This document shows, piece after piece, positions 1-12,969 of a DNA stretch of 64,000 nt (the stretch's first letter is position 1; every line of letters begins with the position of its first letter). This DNA is from Octopus sinensis. Its lineage: Eukaryota. The stretch covers positions 109,430,001 to 109,494,000 of the forward strand of contig NC_042997.1 of NCBI RefSeq assembly GCF_006345805.1. The letters run 5' to 3'. The notes under the pieces were generated by a model. It searched no databases, was not told where the DNA came from, and saw only the letters and a list, made by a program, of their open reading frames with translations. The position numbers and the translations under genes are program-made.

Positions 1-800
<800 letters not shown>

Positions 801-1092
801 TTCTTCTGGCTCTTTACGTTCTGACTTGGAGAAACGTCGACACCGACTTTGCCGTCCATCCTAACGCAGTCGATAAAATGAAATATCAATCGGATACAGG
901 AGTCAATATACTTAATTAGTCCTGCGCCTACCTCTAAAATCCCTGGATTTATGCCAAATACGAATCTATTATCACCAACACCACCACCACCACGAGCATC
1001 ATCATCATCGTTATCATCGATATCATCATCATAATTACCAACAACAACAGCAATAATAATAATAATAATAATAATATAATAATAATAATAAT

Positions 1093-1123
<31 letters not shown>

Positions 1124-1436
1124 TCCGGTTTGTTGTTGAGAAGTGATTGAAGGAGCATGATGTAGGAACAGAAACTCTAAGAAGACGTTTTTTATCCAAT
1201 TAGCAGAACTGTGTTAAAATATGGCATCAACCGTCATTGTTTATTGATTAAAATCAGCTGGCAGAAAGAACTTCTCGGCTTCCATAAAATGACAGCAGAA
1301 AGTATGGAAACAAACAAATCAACAATGATTACGATGTGTGGTGGGTTCTGTGTTTGACTGATTACGCGAGTGTATGTGTCTGTGTGTGTGTGTGTGTATT
1401 TGGGTATATGCGTGTGTTTGAGTGTGTCAGTGCCTG

Positions 1437-1473
<37 letters not shown>

Positions 1474-1554
1474 ATATGCATGTGTATACACATATACGCT
1501 CACAATTACACATACGAACACAGATACAAGCATACACACACATATACATACATG

Positions 1555-1597
<43 letters not shown>

Positions 1598-2507
1598 TCA
1601 CACACGCACGTACATAATACATATATATATGTATGTATATATATATGTATATATATATATGTGTGTGTATTTATATGTACATATACACACACATATATTT
1701 TGTATATATATATATATTATATATATATATACAGCTGGATCAATCTAAAATGTCAATTAATTAGAGAAATATTTTGAACCTGTTACTCTTATTCAAAAAT
1801 AACTAATTAGACCCAATCTCTTCGGACAGGATTCTCTCACATTATTATCTTTCTTTTTTTAATTCATCTATTTGCATTTCATCTCCTTCCTACCTTTCAC
1901 TCTCTCTTCCCCACCCCCACCCCCACACACTCTCTCGCGCTGAACACACACACACACACATACACACACTCATTCGGTTTTATAATTCTATTTCGATGTT
2001 TCTTCACTTCTCACATATTTTCTTAGCAAGGTCTATTCTGAAATCTTATTGTTCTCGTTACTGATTCGCTGTTGTTCTTTTGGAGGATGTTTTTATTATC
2101 GTTTGTTGTTGTTGCTGTTGTTGTTGTTTTTATACAACCACATCGTTTGCTTTTCTTCCAATGCATTTATTTTTCTTCCAAAAATTACTTTTTAAATATT
2201 TTTATTTATTTAGTTTTTATTTATTTTTTCCCATTGTTTTGTTGTTTTCTTTCTTGTTGATTCTCGTCTGTGTTTGCTTCATTCTTTGTTTTCATCTTTA
2301 TTATCAGAAATTCGACCAAATCTTCAATGAGTGACTTGTTGGACCGAAATAGTGTGCAAGCGTGAGATGGTTCCTGTTCATTTCGGTGAGAGTGGTGCGG
2401 GGCAGAGGTAGAATTAAACCGTTGTTCACTTTAACGTGATCACTTGTCCCCTGGTTACTGTTAGGTCCCTAACCACTCTGCCATATAGTAATGTGTCATC
2501 CTTTTTT

Positions 2508-2579
2508 TTTCTTCTTCTTCTTCTTCTTCTTCTTCTTCTTCTTCTTCTTCTTCTTCTTCTTCTTCTTCTTCTTCTTCTT

Positions 2580-2620
<41 letters not shown>
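2508..2620. repeat. Compound microsatellite (TTC)n-(TAC)n
   Basis: Direct reading. Confidence 0.97.
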
Positions 2621-2623
<3 letters not shown>

Positions 2624-3428
2624 TTTTCTTCATTTCTTCTCCTTCTTTCTTTTCTCTCAACTACGAAGCCCATCTCTCGTTTTCTAATATATATTTATCA
2701 TTTTATGTTCTCGAAAATATATTTTCGCTACTCCACAGATTATTTTGTCCTCTCCAAAATTCTGTTTCTCAACTAAATTTTCTCTTTTTTTCTACTATAA
2801 AATATATTTGTGATGTTCATAGATAAGTTTTTAAAAAACCATGCAAAATAGTGGTGGTGGTGGTGGTGGTAGTGGTGGTGGTGGTTGTGATGGCGGTGGT
2901 GTTGGTGGTGACGATGGAAGCCTGCAAATTCTTGTTGAACAACCTGCACAAATAATTTTGTTTATAATGATCAAATGTATGTGCTTCATATTGGTTCATT
3001 CTTTCCATCAAATGGACGGCCCCTGAAGAGATGCATGGTTTACCAAACCTGAGGGGTCGGAGTTATTGCTGAGCAACATGGGATGAACCGTTTTTCTAAA
3101 GACCATAGCGCACAACTCGGTCCAGAAATTGAAATCATGATTTCACATTCGTGACTGCAACGCACAAACCATTAAACCATGCACCCTTGTCATACCAAAT
3201 TGTAATAAGAGACTGTGTTTGATATTCTAGTCTTTATCAAACATTTTAGGGAAATAAACTAAAGAAAACGATTTCAACGAAGAATCGAACTGCAATTGCA
3301 GAGTTGATTCACTCGAATAATATTTCTACTGTGTCATGTTCAAGTAATGTAAATAACAACATTTATTCCTGGGGACCAGACAAGTAGTTTACTTGATAAT
3401 TACTTGGCACTTACTTCTAACTCATAGA

Positions 3429-3585
3429 TTGGCAAAAATAAAATAGACATAACTGCAGCACCAACAGCAGAAGATGTGGGAGGATTTTGGAAAGAAATAT
3501 GGTCGGCGAAGGAAAAGGACTATTACAACAACGAACTTAGCACCTGAGCAACTCTGAACCCCTATAACTGAAAAGGTACTGCAAA
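3429..3585 (+). mobile_element. Small degenerate internal fragment of the R4/Dong LINE (pre-RT region)
   Basis: GGCAAAAATAAAATAGACATAACTGCAGCACCAACAGCAGAAGA...TGGAAAGAAATATGGTCGGCGAA aligns to 53876-53955 of the full-length copy. Confidence 0.85.
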
Positions 3586-3756
3586 GACAAAGCAATAAAT
3601 CGCAGTGATTCTATGGCTGCCAGAGGAGAAAATGTCACCATCTCAGACAGAGAGGAGAAATTGTGCTTTCGCGAACCAGTGGATTTAGCCTGTTAGTACA
3701 GTTACCGATCGACTGGATGGCCATTTTGTGGGATGCAGTCGAGAAGATGCGTGTGT

Positions 3757-3993
3757 TTAGTAGCGATAACTTCCTGCATATCTGAGAAATATCACACATA
3801 TTGACAATGCTGCGAACAATATCACTACGGTAATAATAGAATGTAAAGAATAAAAGTTAGATCTGTCACGAGTCCCAAGATTCATAAATCCGGAATTGAA
3901 TCCAGTTGGGAAGGGAGTGTAAGTGACTGAGAGTTCAACACTTCCACCTAAACAGAACGCCGGCTCCATAAAGCGTTGACTCCCCAGATATTG
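3757..3993 (-). CDS. Candidate terminal coding exon of an unidentified single-pass membrane protein
   Basis: Acceptor ttttaaatgcgttccag precedes a 78-codon open frame, QYLGSQRFMEPAFCLGG...HSIITVVILFAALSICVIFLRYAGSYRY*. It has a TM-like stretch followed by Arg, and the other two frames close early. No family recognised. Confidence 0.4.
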   Translation of the reverse strand, partial: QYLGSQRFMEPAFCLGGSVELSVTYTPFPTGFNSGFMNLGTRDRSNFYSLHSIITVVILFAALSICVIFLRYAGSYRY

Positions 3994-4009
3994 CTGGAAC
4001 GCATTTAAA

Positions 4010-4135
4010 ACTGAGCGGATCATCTTAAAATGAAATGTTTTGCTCAATAACACGACTCACTGCTCGATCTGTGATTCGAAACCCTGATCTTACAATCGTG
4101 AGTGAAACACTCTAACCACTTGGCTGCGCATCTCA
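4010..4135 (-). mobile_element. tRNA-derived SINE head (family D-like), degenerate
   Basis: Similar to the heads at 41250-41369 and 62600-62710, with remnant A/B boxes. Confidence 0.7.
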
Positions 4136-4509
4136 TAAATGAAAGAGAAAAAAAGACGTAGGAGGAAACTTACTGAATTAGCCCAGTTCTTGCTAAAGCG
4201 ACCCATAAAACTTCTGAACGTTCGTAAAATAACAATAAACAAACGTGGCAGTCAGACGTAACAGGAAATGTCGGTTAATGTTTGATAAATTAACGAATTT
4301 CCTTCAATGACTTCAAAACTTACAATGGTAAATATTCCTAATTCATTAATTCATTGACTCGCTGCAGCTGTTGCCTGCTAAATACTTCAACATACGTCTT
4401 ACCGTCAAATAGACATGTAATCTACACAACAACCTCGAAAGTTTGTTAATGTAATTAATGCACAACATAAAAATTTGTATATATATATATATATGCACAC
4501 ACGTCTATA

Positions 4510-4685
4510 CTATGTACGTATGTATGTATGTATGTATGTATGTATGTATGTATGTATGTATGTATGTATGTATGTATGTATGTATGTATGTATGTACGTA
4601 CGTATGTATGTATGTATGTATTGTATGTATGTATGTATGGATGGATGGATGGATGGATGGATGGATGGATGGATGGATGGATGGA
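4510..4685. repeat. Compound microsatellite (TATG)n-(GATG)n
   Basis: Direct reading. Confidence 0.97.
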
Positions 4686-4889
4686 CAGTCTTTTCTTTGA
4701 AGTCTTCCTCTGAGGAAGGAGCTGGTTTCCAATAAAAGTACGAAGCGCCATCGCTGGAATGTCTAGTCTAGTGGTGGTATGCACTTGGGCAGGTCCGGTG
4801 CATGCGAACTTTTCCCCCAGCACTCTTTAAACGACCTGGGAGGCCCTTGCCGCCGTTAAACAGATCACTGCAACTTGGGCTTAGCATGA

Positions 4890-5120
4890 ATAGACTTGGG
4901 ACGAAAACTGGAGTGGTTTCTCGTTGCCCTCTCCAGCCAGATGAGATCTGAACTTAGACTTTAGAGAGATCGGAAGGTATCCAATGATTCTGTCCATTCC
5001 GCACCTGCAGGGCAACGTGAAAGGAAGTATTTTGCTGAAGGACACAACGTCCCGCCTCGTCTAGGAATCGAACCACGATCTAGCAATCGTGAATGCAATG
5101 CTTTAACCACTTTGCTATGC
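4890..5120 (-). mobile_element. tRNA-derived SINE (D-like head) with an RTE/BovB-like segment
   Basis: Head GCAAAGTGGTTAAAGCA...GGTTCGATTCCTAG, then GGAGAGGGCAACGAGAAACCACTCCAGT at 4907-4934. Confidence 0.65.
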
Positions 5121-5149
5121 ACCTTTACTGTGGGCATGTCGATAAAAAT

Positions 5150-5745
5150 AAAGCAGAGTCACGTGAGGAAATCGATAAACTTCTTCCGTATTTTTGCTGT
5201 TCCACTTACGGAACGTTTTTGTAATGTGGGGGTTCATTGGTTGATTTCTTTTTCCGAAAACGCTAACTTATGCAGATTGTCACTTAGGCATTTACTCATA
5301 AAACCAAGGACACCAATTATTTTGGTAAAAATGTGAATTTATAATCTGGATAAAGAAGCTGAACTTTTAGAAGCAATTGTCCAAAATTATGACCTTTCTC
5401 TTTAATTTTCCGAGAGATATTCACATCCGCCAGGCAGCTGACTTCTAGAACGGTACACACTTTTTCTTCTCAGTCCCAAACAACAATGTCCAGCCTGTTA
5501 TGCTTACACTTGATAGAAGTTTTGATGGGAATGTTCCACCAATAGTCTTTGTGCTGATGCTTATGTATCTATTTCAATATTAAGAGGGCGATGCTCTATA
5601 TTTATTCCAGGACATTCTTTTACCCGAATCGCACCACTTGTAATGTTTCAACAGCAACGTCGTATCGCACAGGGAGGAGGTGCTTGGAGGACATTTTGAG
5701 GCAGCTGTTGATTGCATTCGATTGCATCTTGGGGCTTCAAGGGTC
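5150..5745 (-). mobile_element. Old, divergent RLE-type (R4-like) LINE 3' fragment, third lineage
   Basis: Manual minus-strand translation YWWNIPIKTSIKCKHNRLDIVVWD*EEKVCTVLEVSCLADVNISRKIKEK...LLYPDYKFTF matches the RLE layout W(N/D).P...(P)DIVV.D...C.(I/L)(D/E)VS.P.D.N...K. Confidence 0.75.
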
Positions 5746-5980
5746 TACTGTCTTTCTAATATAATTTTAGACTTCGGAACACATAAGCGTGCGTAATCTC
5801 ATTTTTGTACGCTGAGCGTTTCATGGATGGATGGATGGATGGCTTGACATAGTTGTAAGAATGCCGGATAGATTGCCTTTCGGCATTCTTTCTGGCTCTC
5901 TACCCTCTGAGTTCAGATTCACCAAATGTCAACTCTACATTTCGTCCTTGCACTCGGCTCGATTTGTTTTTCATCCGGTC

Positions 5981-6024
<44 letters not shown>

Positions 6025-6059
6025 ATCACTCACTCACTCACTCACTCTCTCTCCCTCCC

Positions 6060-6103
<44 letters not shown>

Positions 6104-6312
6104 TCTCTTGCCTCCCCGCTTTCTTCTCTCTCCACATCTTTTCATCTTTCTAGGATAAATCAGTCGTGGGCCCTGGAAACGAATGGCCTCCACCAGACCT
6201 AACCATTAAGGCATTACGACTTATTCAATAAAGATCAGGGCACAATCAAACCAAGATATATGTGTATGTGTACGTGTGTGTATATATGTCTACTTATACA
6301 TATGCATGTGTG

Positions 6313-6402
6313 AGTGCCTGTGTGGTAAGTAGCTTGCTTACAAGCCACATGGTTCCGGGTTCAGTCCCACTGCGTGGCACTTTGGGCAAGTCTCATACAA
6401 AC

Positions 6403-6441
<39 letters not shown>

Positions 6442-6479
6442 TATACATATATATATGCACATATATATATATATATATG

Positions 6480-6531
<52 letters not shown>

Positions 6532-6618
6532 TATAAATATTAGGGATAAATCCAAACTTACAAATTTGCATAATAGTGTTTTTGTCTCTAATTTATATAA
6601 TATATACATATATATATA

Positions 6619-6650
<32 letters not shown>

Positions 6651-6742
6651 CTATATATATATATATATATGCATATTTGCCGAACCGGTAAGTTACGGGG
6701 ACATAAACACACCAGTATCGGTTGTCAAGCGATGTTGGGTGC

Positions 6743-6781
<39 letters not shown>

Positions 6782-6965
6782 TGTGTGTGTGTATGTTAGT
6801 GTGTCTGTGTTTGTGTACCCAACATCTCTTGACAACCGATGCTGGTGTGTTTACGTCCACGTAACTTACTGGTTCGGCAAAATGTCTTGGGGTCGATTTG
6901 CTCGACTAAAGGCGGTACTCCAGTATGGCCACTGTCAAATGACTGAACAAATAAAGAGTAAAGAG
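6313..6965 (+). mobile_element. SINE family B, broken and expanded copy (head 6313-6390, tail ~6800-6965, inverted internal piece 6676-6740)
   Basis: Head CTGTGTGGTAAGTAGCTTG...GGGTTCAGTCCCACTGCGTGGCACTTTGGGCAAG; the tail matches the reverse complement of 16806-17000. Confidence 0.85.
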
Positions 6966-7042
<77 letters not shown>

Positions 7043-7048
7043 ACATAC

Positions 7049-7082
<34 letters not shown>

Positions 7083-7892
7083 GTATATATTTACATATAT
7101 GAATAACCATATATCTATACACACAACATGCGTTATATATAGATTATATGTGTATATGTGTGAGAGTTCTATATATATATATATTAATATATAATATATA
7201 TATATATATATTTGAGTCTGTGTGCGAGTTTGTGTGTGTATGGATACATACAATGTATATATGTATGCGAGCAATGTGTACACATGTGTGGATGTGTGTG
7301 CTGTACACACACACACACACTATCTTCTCACACGTACATATATAAATACAAAATCAGGTTGGCACCCAACGCCATTCATGTAAGACAAACAAACAGAGTA
7401 AAATTACCAGAAATACAATAACATAACCAAATGAATTGAATTAATTAGTTTTACCGTCTTTTAATTGATTTATTTAATTAGGCATTTCCGTTCTTTACAG
7501 CCCACTTTTAGACTCCCTTCTTTCATTTTGCATTTATTGTTGGTTTGTGAATGATACCACTTATTGTTAGCAGTGGTGGTGATGGTGTTAATGGTTATGG
7601 ATATCGCGTCGGTGTTGGTGTTGTTGGTGGCGTTGGTGGTTGGTCCTGACCCAAAGACTTTTAACAATACTCTTCCTTTCGTCAAGGGTGTAGAAGGCAG
7701 GTGTGCTGTTATTTCTAGTAAGCACACTATCTTCATAAAAGGCTCCCCTGCTAATCCTCCGCTACCTCCTTGTTGTTGTTGTTGTTGTTGCTGTTTCCCA
7801 GTAGATGTAATGATAAGAGTGGAAATGGCTGTCTGGTTAAGAAGCTCCATTTACGACTGTCTAGTTTGACAACTATCTAATAAATATATTAT

Positions 7893-8250
7893 TGGCAGTA
7901 ACGTTAGCACGCCGGGCGAAATGCATAGCCGTATTTCGTCTGCCGCTACGTTCCGAGTTCAAATTCCGCTACGGTCGACTTTGCCTTTCATCCTTTCGGG
8001 GTCGATTAAATAAGTACCAGTTACGCACTGGGGTCGATATAATCGACTTAATCCGTTTGCCTGTCCTTGTTTGTCCTCTCTGGGTTTAGCTCCTTGTGGG
8101 CAGTAAAGAAATAGGTATTTCGCCCATCGCTACGTTCTGAGTTCAACTTCCTCCTGGGGTCGACTTTACTTTCCATTCTTTCGGGGTCAATAAAATGAGT
8201 ACCAGTTACGCACTGGGACCTTTGTAATCGACTGGTCCCCTAACCCAAAA
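7893..8250 (+). mobile_element. SINE family A plus an adjacent 5'-truncated second monomer
   Basis: Matches 13423-13656; the second unit starts GTATTTCG at ~8115. Confidence 0.9.
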
Positions 8251-9079
8251 TAGGGAAAATGATTATTATTTTCTTTTCTTTTTATCACAGGTTTTGTTGG
8301 AACTCCTGGATTCTTGCATGCGTAGCAGGCTTGCTACCTGCAGCCTACAGTACCGTGATATCCATTCTTTTAAGTTATTTAATACTTTCCTGATTATTCT
8401 GGCTGTGTGTTTGTATGTTCCTCCACCACTGCTGACGACCGGTGTTGACTTGTTTATGTCCTCTTTTCTTAGTGGTTCAACAAAAACGACTGATGGAATA
8501 AGTACCAGATTTATAAGTACCGAGCTTCGATGGCTGCAGTCTAGTGACGGAAAGAGATAAATGATCAAAAGATCATTATACCATACAACACTTCGATTAA
8601 CTCTGTTCATTGATTGATTTTTTCGTTTTAATCTTATTTCACAATTTTTGTTAATGTTTTGTACGAGGCAGCCTTGCTGTGTGATGAAACTTATTCCAGT
8701 TGTGACCTTCACGCCTAATTTTCAGGCACAGTGAAATTAGGACAACATCAGTTCGTGTCTCTTCATTTGCCAAACCGATCTCGGAGTTATAATTTCAAGA
8801 ATATTATTTTGAGTAAATTTCTTGGCCACATAACAACAAGTTTTCCCTATTTTCTACAAAACTGAGACCTTATAACAATGTAAGCCATCAAGAATTTTGT
8901 TCCCCTAATGTGAATAAAGTTCTCGGTAAGGGAATCTGGGATTCGAACTCCATGCAACTCCATACAAATCCCTTAATTATTTTGATGCTTTAATACTTCG
9001 CAGTTAATGCTTTTGTTTAATTGATATCTGCAGATTTCACTTAAAAGCAGCGAACTGGTTGATTTGCTAGAGCATGGGA

Positions 9080-9179
9080 NNNNNNNNNNNNNNNNNNNNN
9101 NNNNNNNNNNNNNNNNNNNNNNNNNNNNNNNNNNNNNNNNNNNNNNNNNNNNNNNNNNNNNNNNNNNNNNNNNNNNNNN
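9080..9179. other. Assembly gap (exactly 100 N)
   Basis: Direct count. A round 100-N gap is typically a placeholder of unknown true size. Confidence 0.99.
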
Positions 9180-9617
9180 GTATTCACCTCTCGTAGCCCT
9201 TGATTTCTTTTTATGGTCCATACATATCTCATGAAATAATTTCATAGACTGGATCTGCTAGGCTTCAGCTGCATAATATTCTACATTGCACTCTTTATTA
9301 GATTAATATGTAGTATGGTAACCGGGTCCATTGGAAGAGCTTCCTGTGATTGCTACAGGAATCCCTGTATCCATATATTGTACTACAAATTTGTGTGTGT
9401 GTGTGTGAGTGTGTATGTGTATGTATGTGTGTGTGCATTATATGTCGATGCATACATATATATATATATATATAATCATATCTATCTACATCTATATGCT
9501 TATATTTATAAATATATTTACATTTATGCGTTTATATGCGCGTATGTACATATATATGCATGTATGTGGGTATACTATATACCAATGCGTATCTTTATAT
9601 TTATATATGTATATACG

Positions 9618-9656
<39 letters not shown>

Positions 9657-10367
9657 TCTCTCTCTCTCTCTCCCTCTCTCTCTCTCTCTCACACAGAAAT
9701 ATATATATATGTATATATGAGCAAAAGAAAAAGAAAAAGCTAAAGTAAAAAGGATTCATATTTTTCTAAAAATATTCAGGTAAACGGGGAAATGCCGATG
9801 CGAAACACGATAACAACCAGACTGAAATCATAATCCACACACACCCACACATTAACAGAAACCACGCAAACACACATGCACACACACACAGAACACACAC
9901 ACACACACACACACATAAACTTATACACACAATTGTACAGATTACCCCACCTAACACTCCTATACATATATCCACACACAAGCGTAAGACTCCTTATTTT
10001 CTTTGAAGCAATAAATATATGTTTCTAATTCCGCTGCTGTTCGCTGCTTATTTATTCGGTTCCTTTCTAACGTAAATAGGAGTGAAACAGAAGTGTTTCG
10101 TTATAAACATTTCGCTCTCTCTAACTATTATTGTGCTGTGATATCAAGGTGTTTGTAATGGTGTGGCTTCATGAAACAAGCCTCAGGTGCTGCATCGTTT
10201 CGCAGTGTCCTACGAAACAAGAGTGTTTATTTTATGATGGCCGCGAAAGATTTCTCATGCACAGCGAAAATAGCAATCATTTCATCATATTTATATACAC
10301 ACTCACTTACGCAAACGTATACACAAATATATATGTACATATATACACATATATATGTATATATAAC

Positions 10368-10434
<67 letters not shown>

Positions 10435-10884
10435 CATATATATATACCATATATATATTTATATATAAATAAATATATATATAAATATGTATATATATGT
10501 ATATATATATTATATTATATATAGATGCGTACATACGTATGTATGTATGCATGATGTGTGTAGGGCATCAATGTGGTATTCGGTGTATATTTATTTACGA
10601 ATAACTATCTTTGAATATGAAACGCTGAAAGAAGGTGATATGCATCAAATGCTCTGATGTTAGGTGTAATATCACTGATAATCACTTAAATACACTTAAA
10701 CATAAATAAAACGACGCCTACCTGCATTTAACATGGGTGTGTGTGTGTGTGTACTTCTGTGTTTCTGTATGTGTCGATATATAAATGAATATACGTATAT
10801 ATACATACATATATATGTGTGTGTATACATACATACATATATATATATATGTGTGTGTGTGTGTGTATGTGTATATATTTTCCT

Positions 10885-11105
10885 TTATCTTTTACTTGTT
10901 TCTATCATTAGACTGCGGCCACGCTGGGGCACCGCCTTGAAAAATGTTTTAGGCGAATGAATCGACTCCGTATACTTATTTCTTTTTTTAAAAAAAACCT
11001 CCAACGTATCCTATGGTTTTCTTTCTCGAACTGCTAAGTTACAGTGACATAAGCAAACCAATACCGGCTGTCGAGCGATGGTGGGGAACAAACACAGACA
11101 CAAAG
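10885..11105 (-). mobile_element. SINE family B, 3' half
   Basis: TTTTACTTGTTTC...GCGGCCACGCTGGGGCACCGCC...CTAAGTTACAGTGACATAAGCAAACC matches 16810-17010. Confidence 0.85.
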
Positions 11106-11266
11106 ACACATACATAAACATATACATACATGCTCCGGGCTCCGGCATGGACCCAGCCTCTGGCTGAAACCAGTAAAAGAATATATATATATATTTCAAA
11201 ATGTAACCACATGTGAATCGTTGGCAATTTTTTCCTCCATCTTCCTTTTCTATTGGACTTCCCTCT

Positions 11267-11301
11267 GTTTCTGAAGAAGAACTTTGTTCGAAACGTTAAA
11301 C
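11267..11301 (+). ncRNA. Minimal type I hammerhead ribozyme motif
   Basis: GTTT-CTGAAGA-A-GAAC(TTT)GTTC-GAAA-C-GT-T-AAAC has an intact CUGANGA/GAAA core. Stem I is GTTT/AAAC, stem II is GAAC/GTTC, stem III is loopless and palindromic (AACGTT), and the triplet is GUU. Confidence 0.7.
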
Positions 11302-11404
11302 TATCTTTCTTTCCTTCCCTGAGCATAAAAGCCTCTTACGATAACATGGTGAAACAGGTCAGTTCGTCTCAAATTCTTTGTAAACTCATAAATATATCTC
11401 CTGC

Positions 11405-11451
<47 letters not shown>

Positions 11452-11460
11452 ATATATATA

Positions 11461-11517
<57 letters not shown>

Positions 11518-11578
11518 TTAATTATATATATAGATATATATAAATAAATAAATATATATATATATTATATATATATTA

Positions 11579-11651
<73 letters not shown>

Positions 11652-11655
11652 TATA
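11405..11655. repeat. Long interrupted (TA)n tract
   Basis: Direct reading. Confidence 0.97.
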
Positions 11656-12013
11656 CCACCCAAATATGACCTTTTTGAACTTATAATTTTCTGTGTGTGT
11701 ATATAGATACTTCGAATAAACATGATTTTTAATGAAATCCTAATATTTCTATCGAACTTTTTAATATTTTCTCAAGATTTTTCCTGTAAACTGTTTTAAC
11801 ATTTTCTTATTATTGTCAAAGAATGTATATATGTATTGTAATATTTTGTGACAACCAGTACTTAACACAACAAAGCTTTTACATTTTACTTTTGACAATC
11901 TTTTTCTAAAAAAGTGAAACCGGTCAAGTGAATAAACATCTTTTAAAATTGCATTTTCAAACCTTCTTACATATATATTCCCACTCGAGTGGTACCTTAC
12001 ATCTTCACTTTGT

Positions 12014-12061
<48 letters not shown>

Positions 12062-12074
12062 ATACACGGTCATA

Positions 12075-12545
12075 CCTCACCCTATGTCGTTAATTGGTTC
12101 CAACATAAAACCTAGTGACCGTTGACGATATTCATCACAGCAAGGTAGTAACAAAATGCAACATACCAGGTATTGAAGCCATCCTCATCAAAATACAGCT
12201 GAGATGGTCAGGTCATCCCTCACGTAGGAGTGATATCAGAATTCTGAAGCAACTCGTCTCTGGCCAATTCCCAACAGGAAGGTCAGTTGGAAGGCCATTC
12301 TCGAGCTTGAAAGACAAACTAAAAAGAAAGAGAATCTGATGCTTTTCTCGGGAAAACAAAGCGTTAGAACGCCGGAGCTGGCACTAATCCGCCTTCTTCT
12401 CAGTTCAAAGATCTGAGCAAAGTTGATTCCAACATCGGATCCAACTTCTTGCAAACATTAAGGCACGCTGGAAATTGTGTACCTGTAATTGTGGCTTTGA
12501 GGCACGAAGCAATGCAGGCCTTGCCGTCCAAATGATCCACAGCCA
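12075..12545 (+). mobile_element. RTE-clade LINE 3' fragment (post-RT region and C-terminal zinc-finger remnant)
   Basis: IEAILIKIQLRWSGHPSRRSDIRILKQLVSGQFPTGRSVGRP...KDKLK matches the RTE LRWaGHv.R...R.PK.l..G....G.R..GRP..R.KD.LK motif; CNCGFEARSNAGLAVQM follows downstream. Confidence 0.85.
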
Positions 12546-12969
12546 CTTGAGTAAACTGAGTCCTCAACTTCTTTCCTTTGCTGAAAGGTTTGCAAAGCAC
12601 CAGCAGGCCTCAAGAGAGAAACGTTTCAATAGAACAGGATTATCGCTTTATTTCACTGAACACTCATTTGTCGTTCGGGTTTGTTTATAAAAATATTAAG
12701 ACAATTTAAATATATATGAACTAAATTTGTCTGAAATTAATGGGTGAGCGTTTATCCAATCAGATTCGCAAGGAGCCATGAAAGCGTCGATTTGTGAGTT
12801 CGATTCAGCCTGAGTTCGATTGTGAGTTCAGCGTGAGTCGATTTGTGAATTCGATTCAGCTCATCATTTTCCAGTCATTTGTTTATATTTAAAAATTGTC
12901 GCTTCAAATCGGAGAATAAATATCATTATGATATATATTATATACAGTTATTATACAGTTGTTATATAT

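Noticed and set aside
1909-1925. C-run cluster as a G-quadruplex
   Set aside because: Only three G-runs on the minus strand.
7470-7869. 126-aa poly-Q-containing ORF and its 101-aa antisense ORF
   Set aside because: The open frames are largely explained by (CAA)n and (CCA/ACC)n low-complexity sequence; no recognisable domain or clear splice sites.
8291-8390. Strong plus-strand acceptor followed by hydrophobic FCWNSWILACVAGLLPAAYSTVISILLS
   Set aside because: There is no convincing donor before the stop and no recognisable family.
8973-9245. ORFs spanning the N gap
   Set aside because: They are artefacts of translating through 100 Ns; continuity across the gap is unknown.
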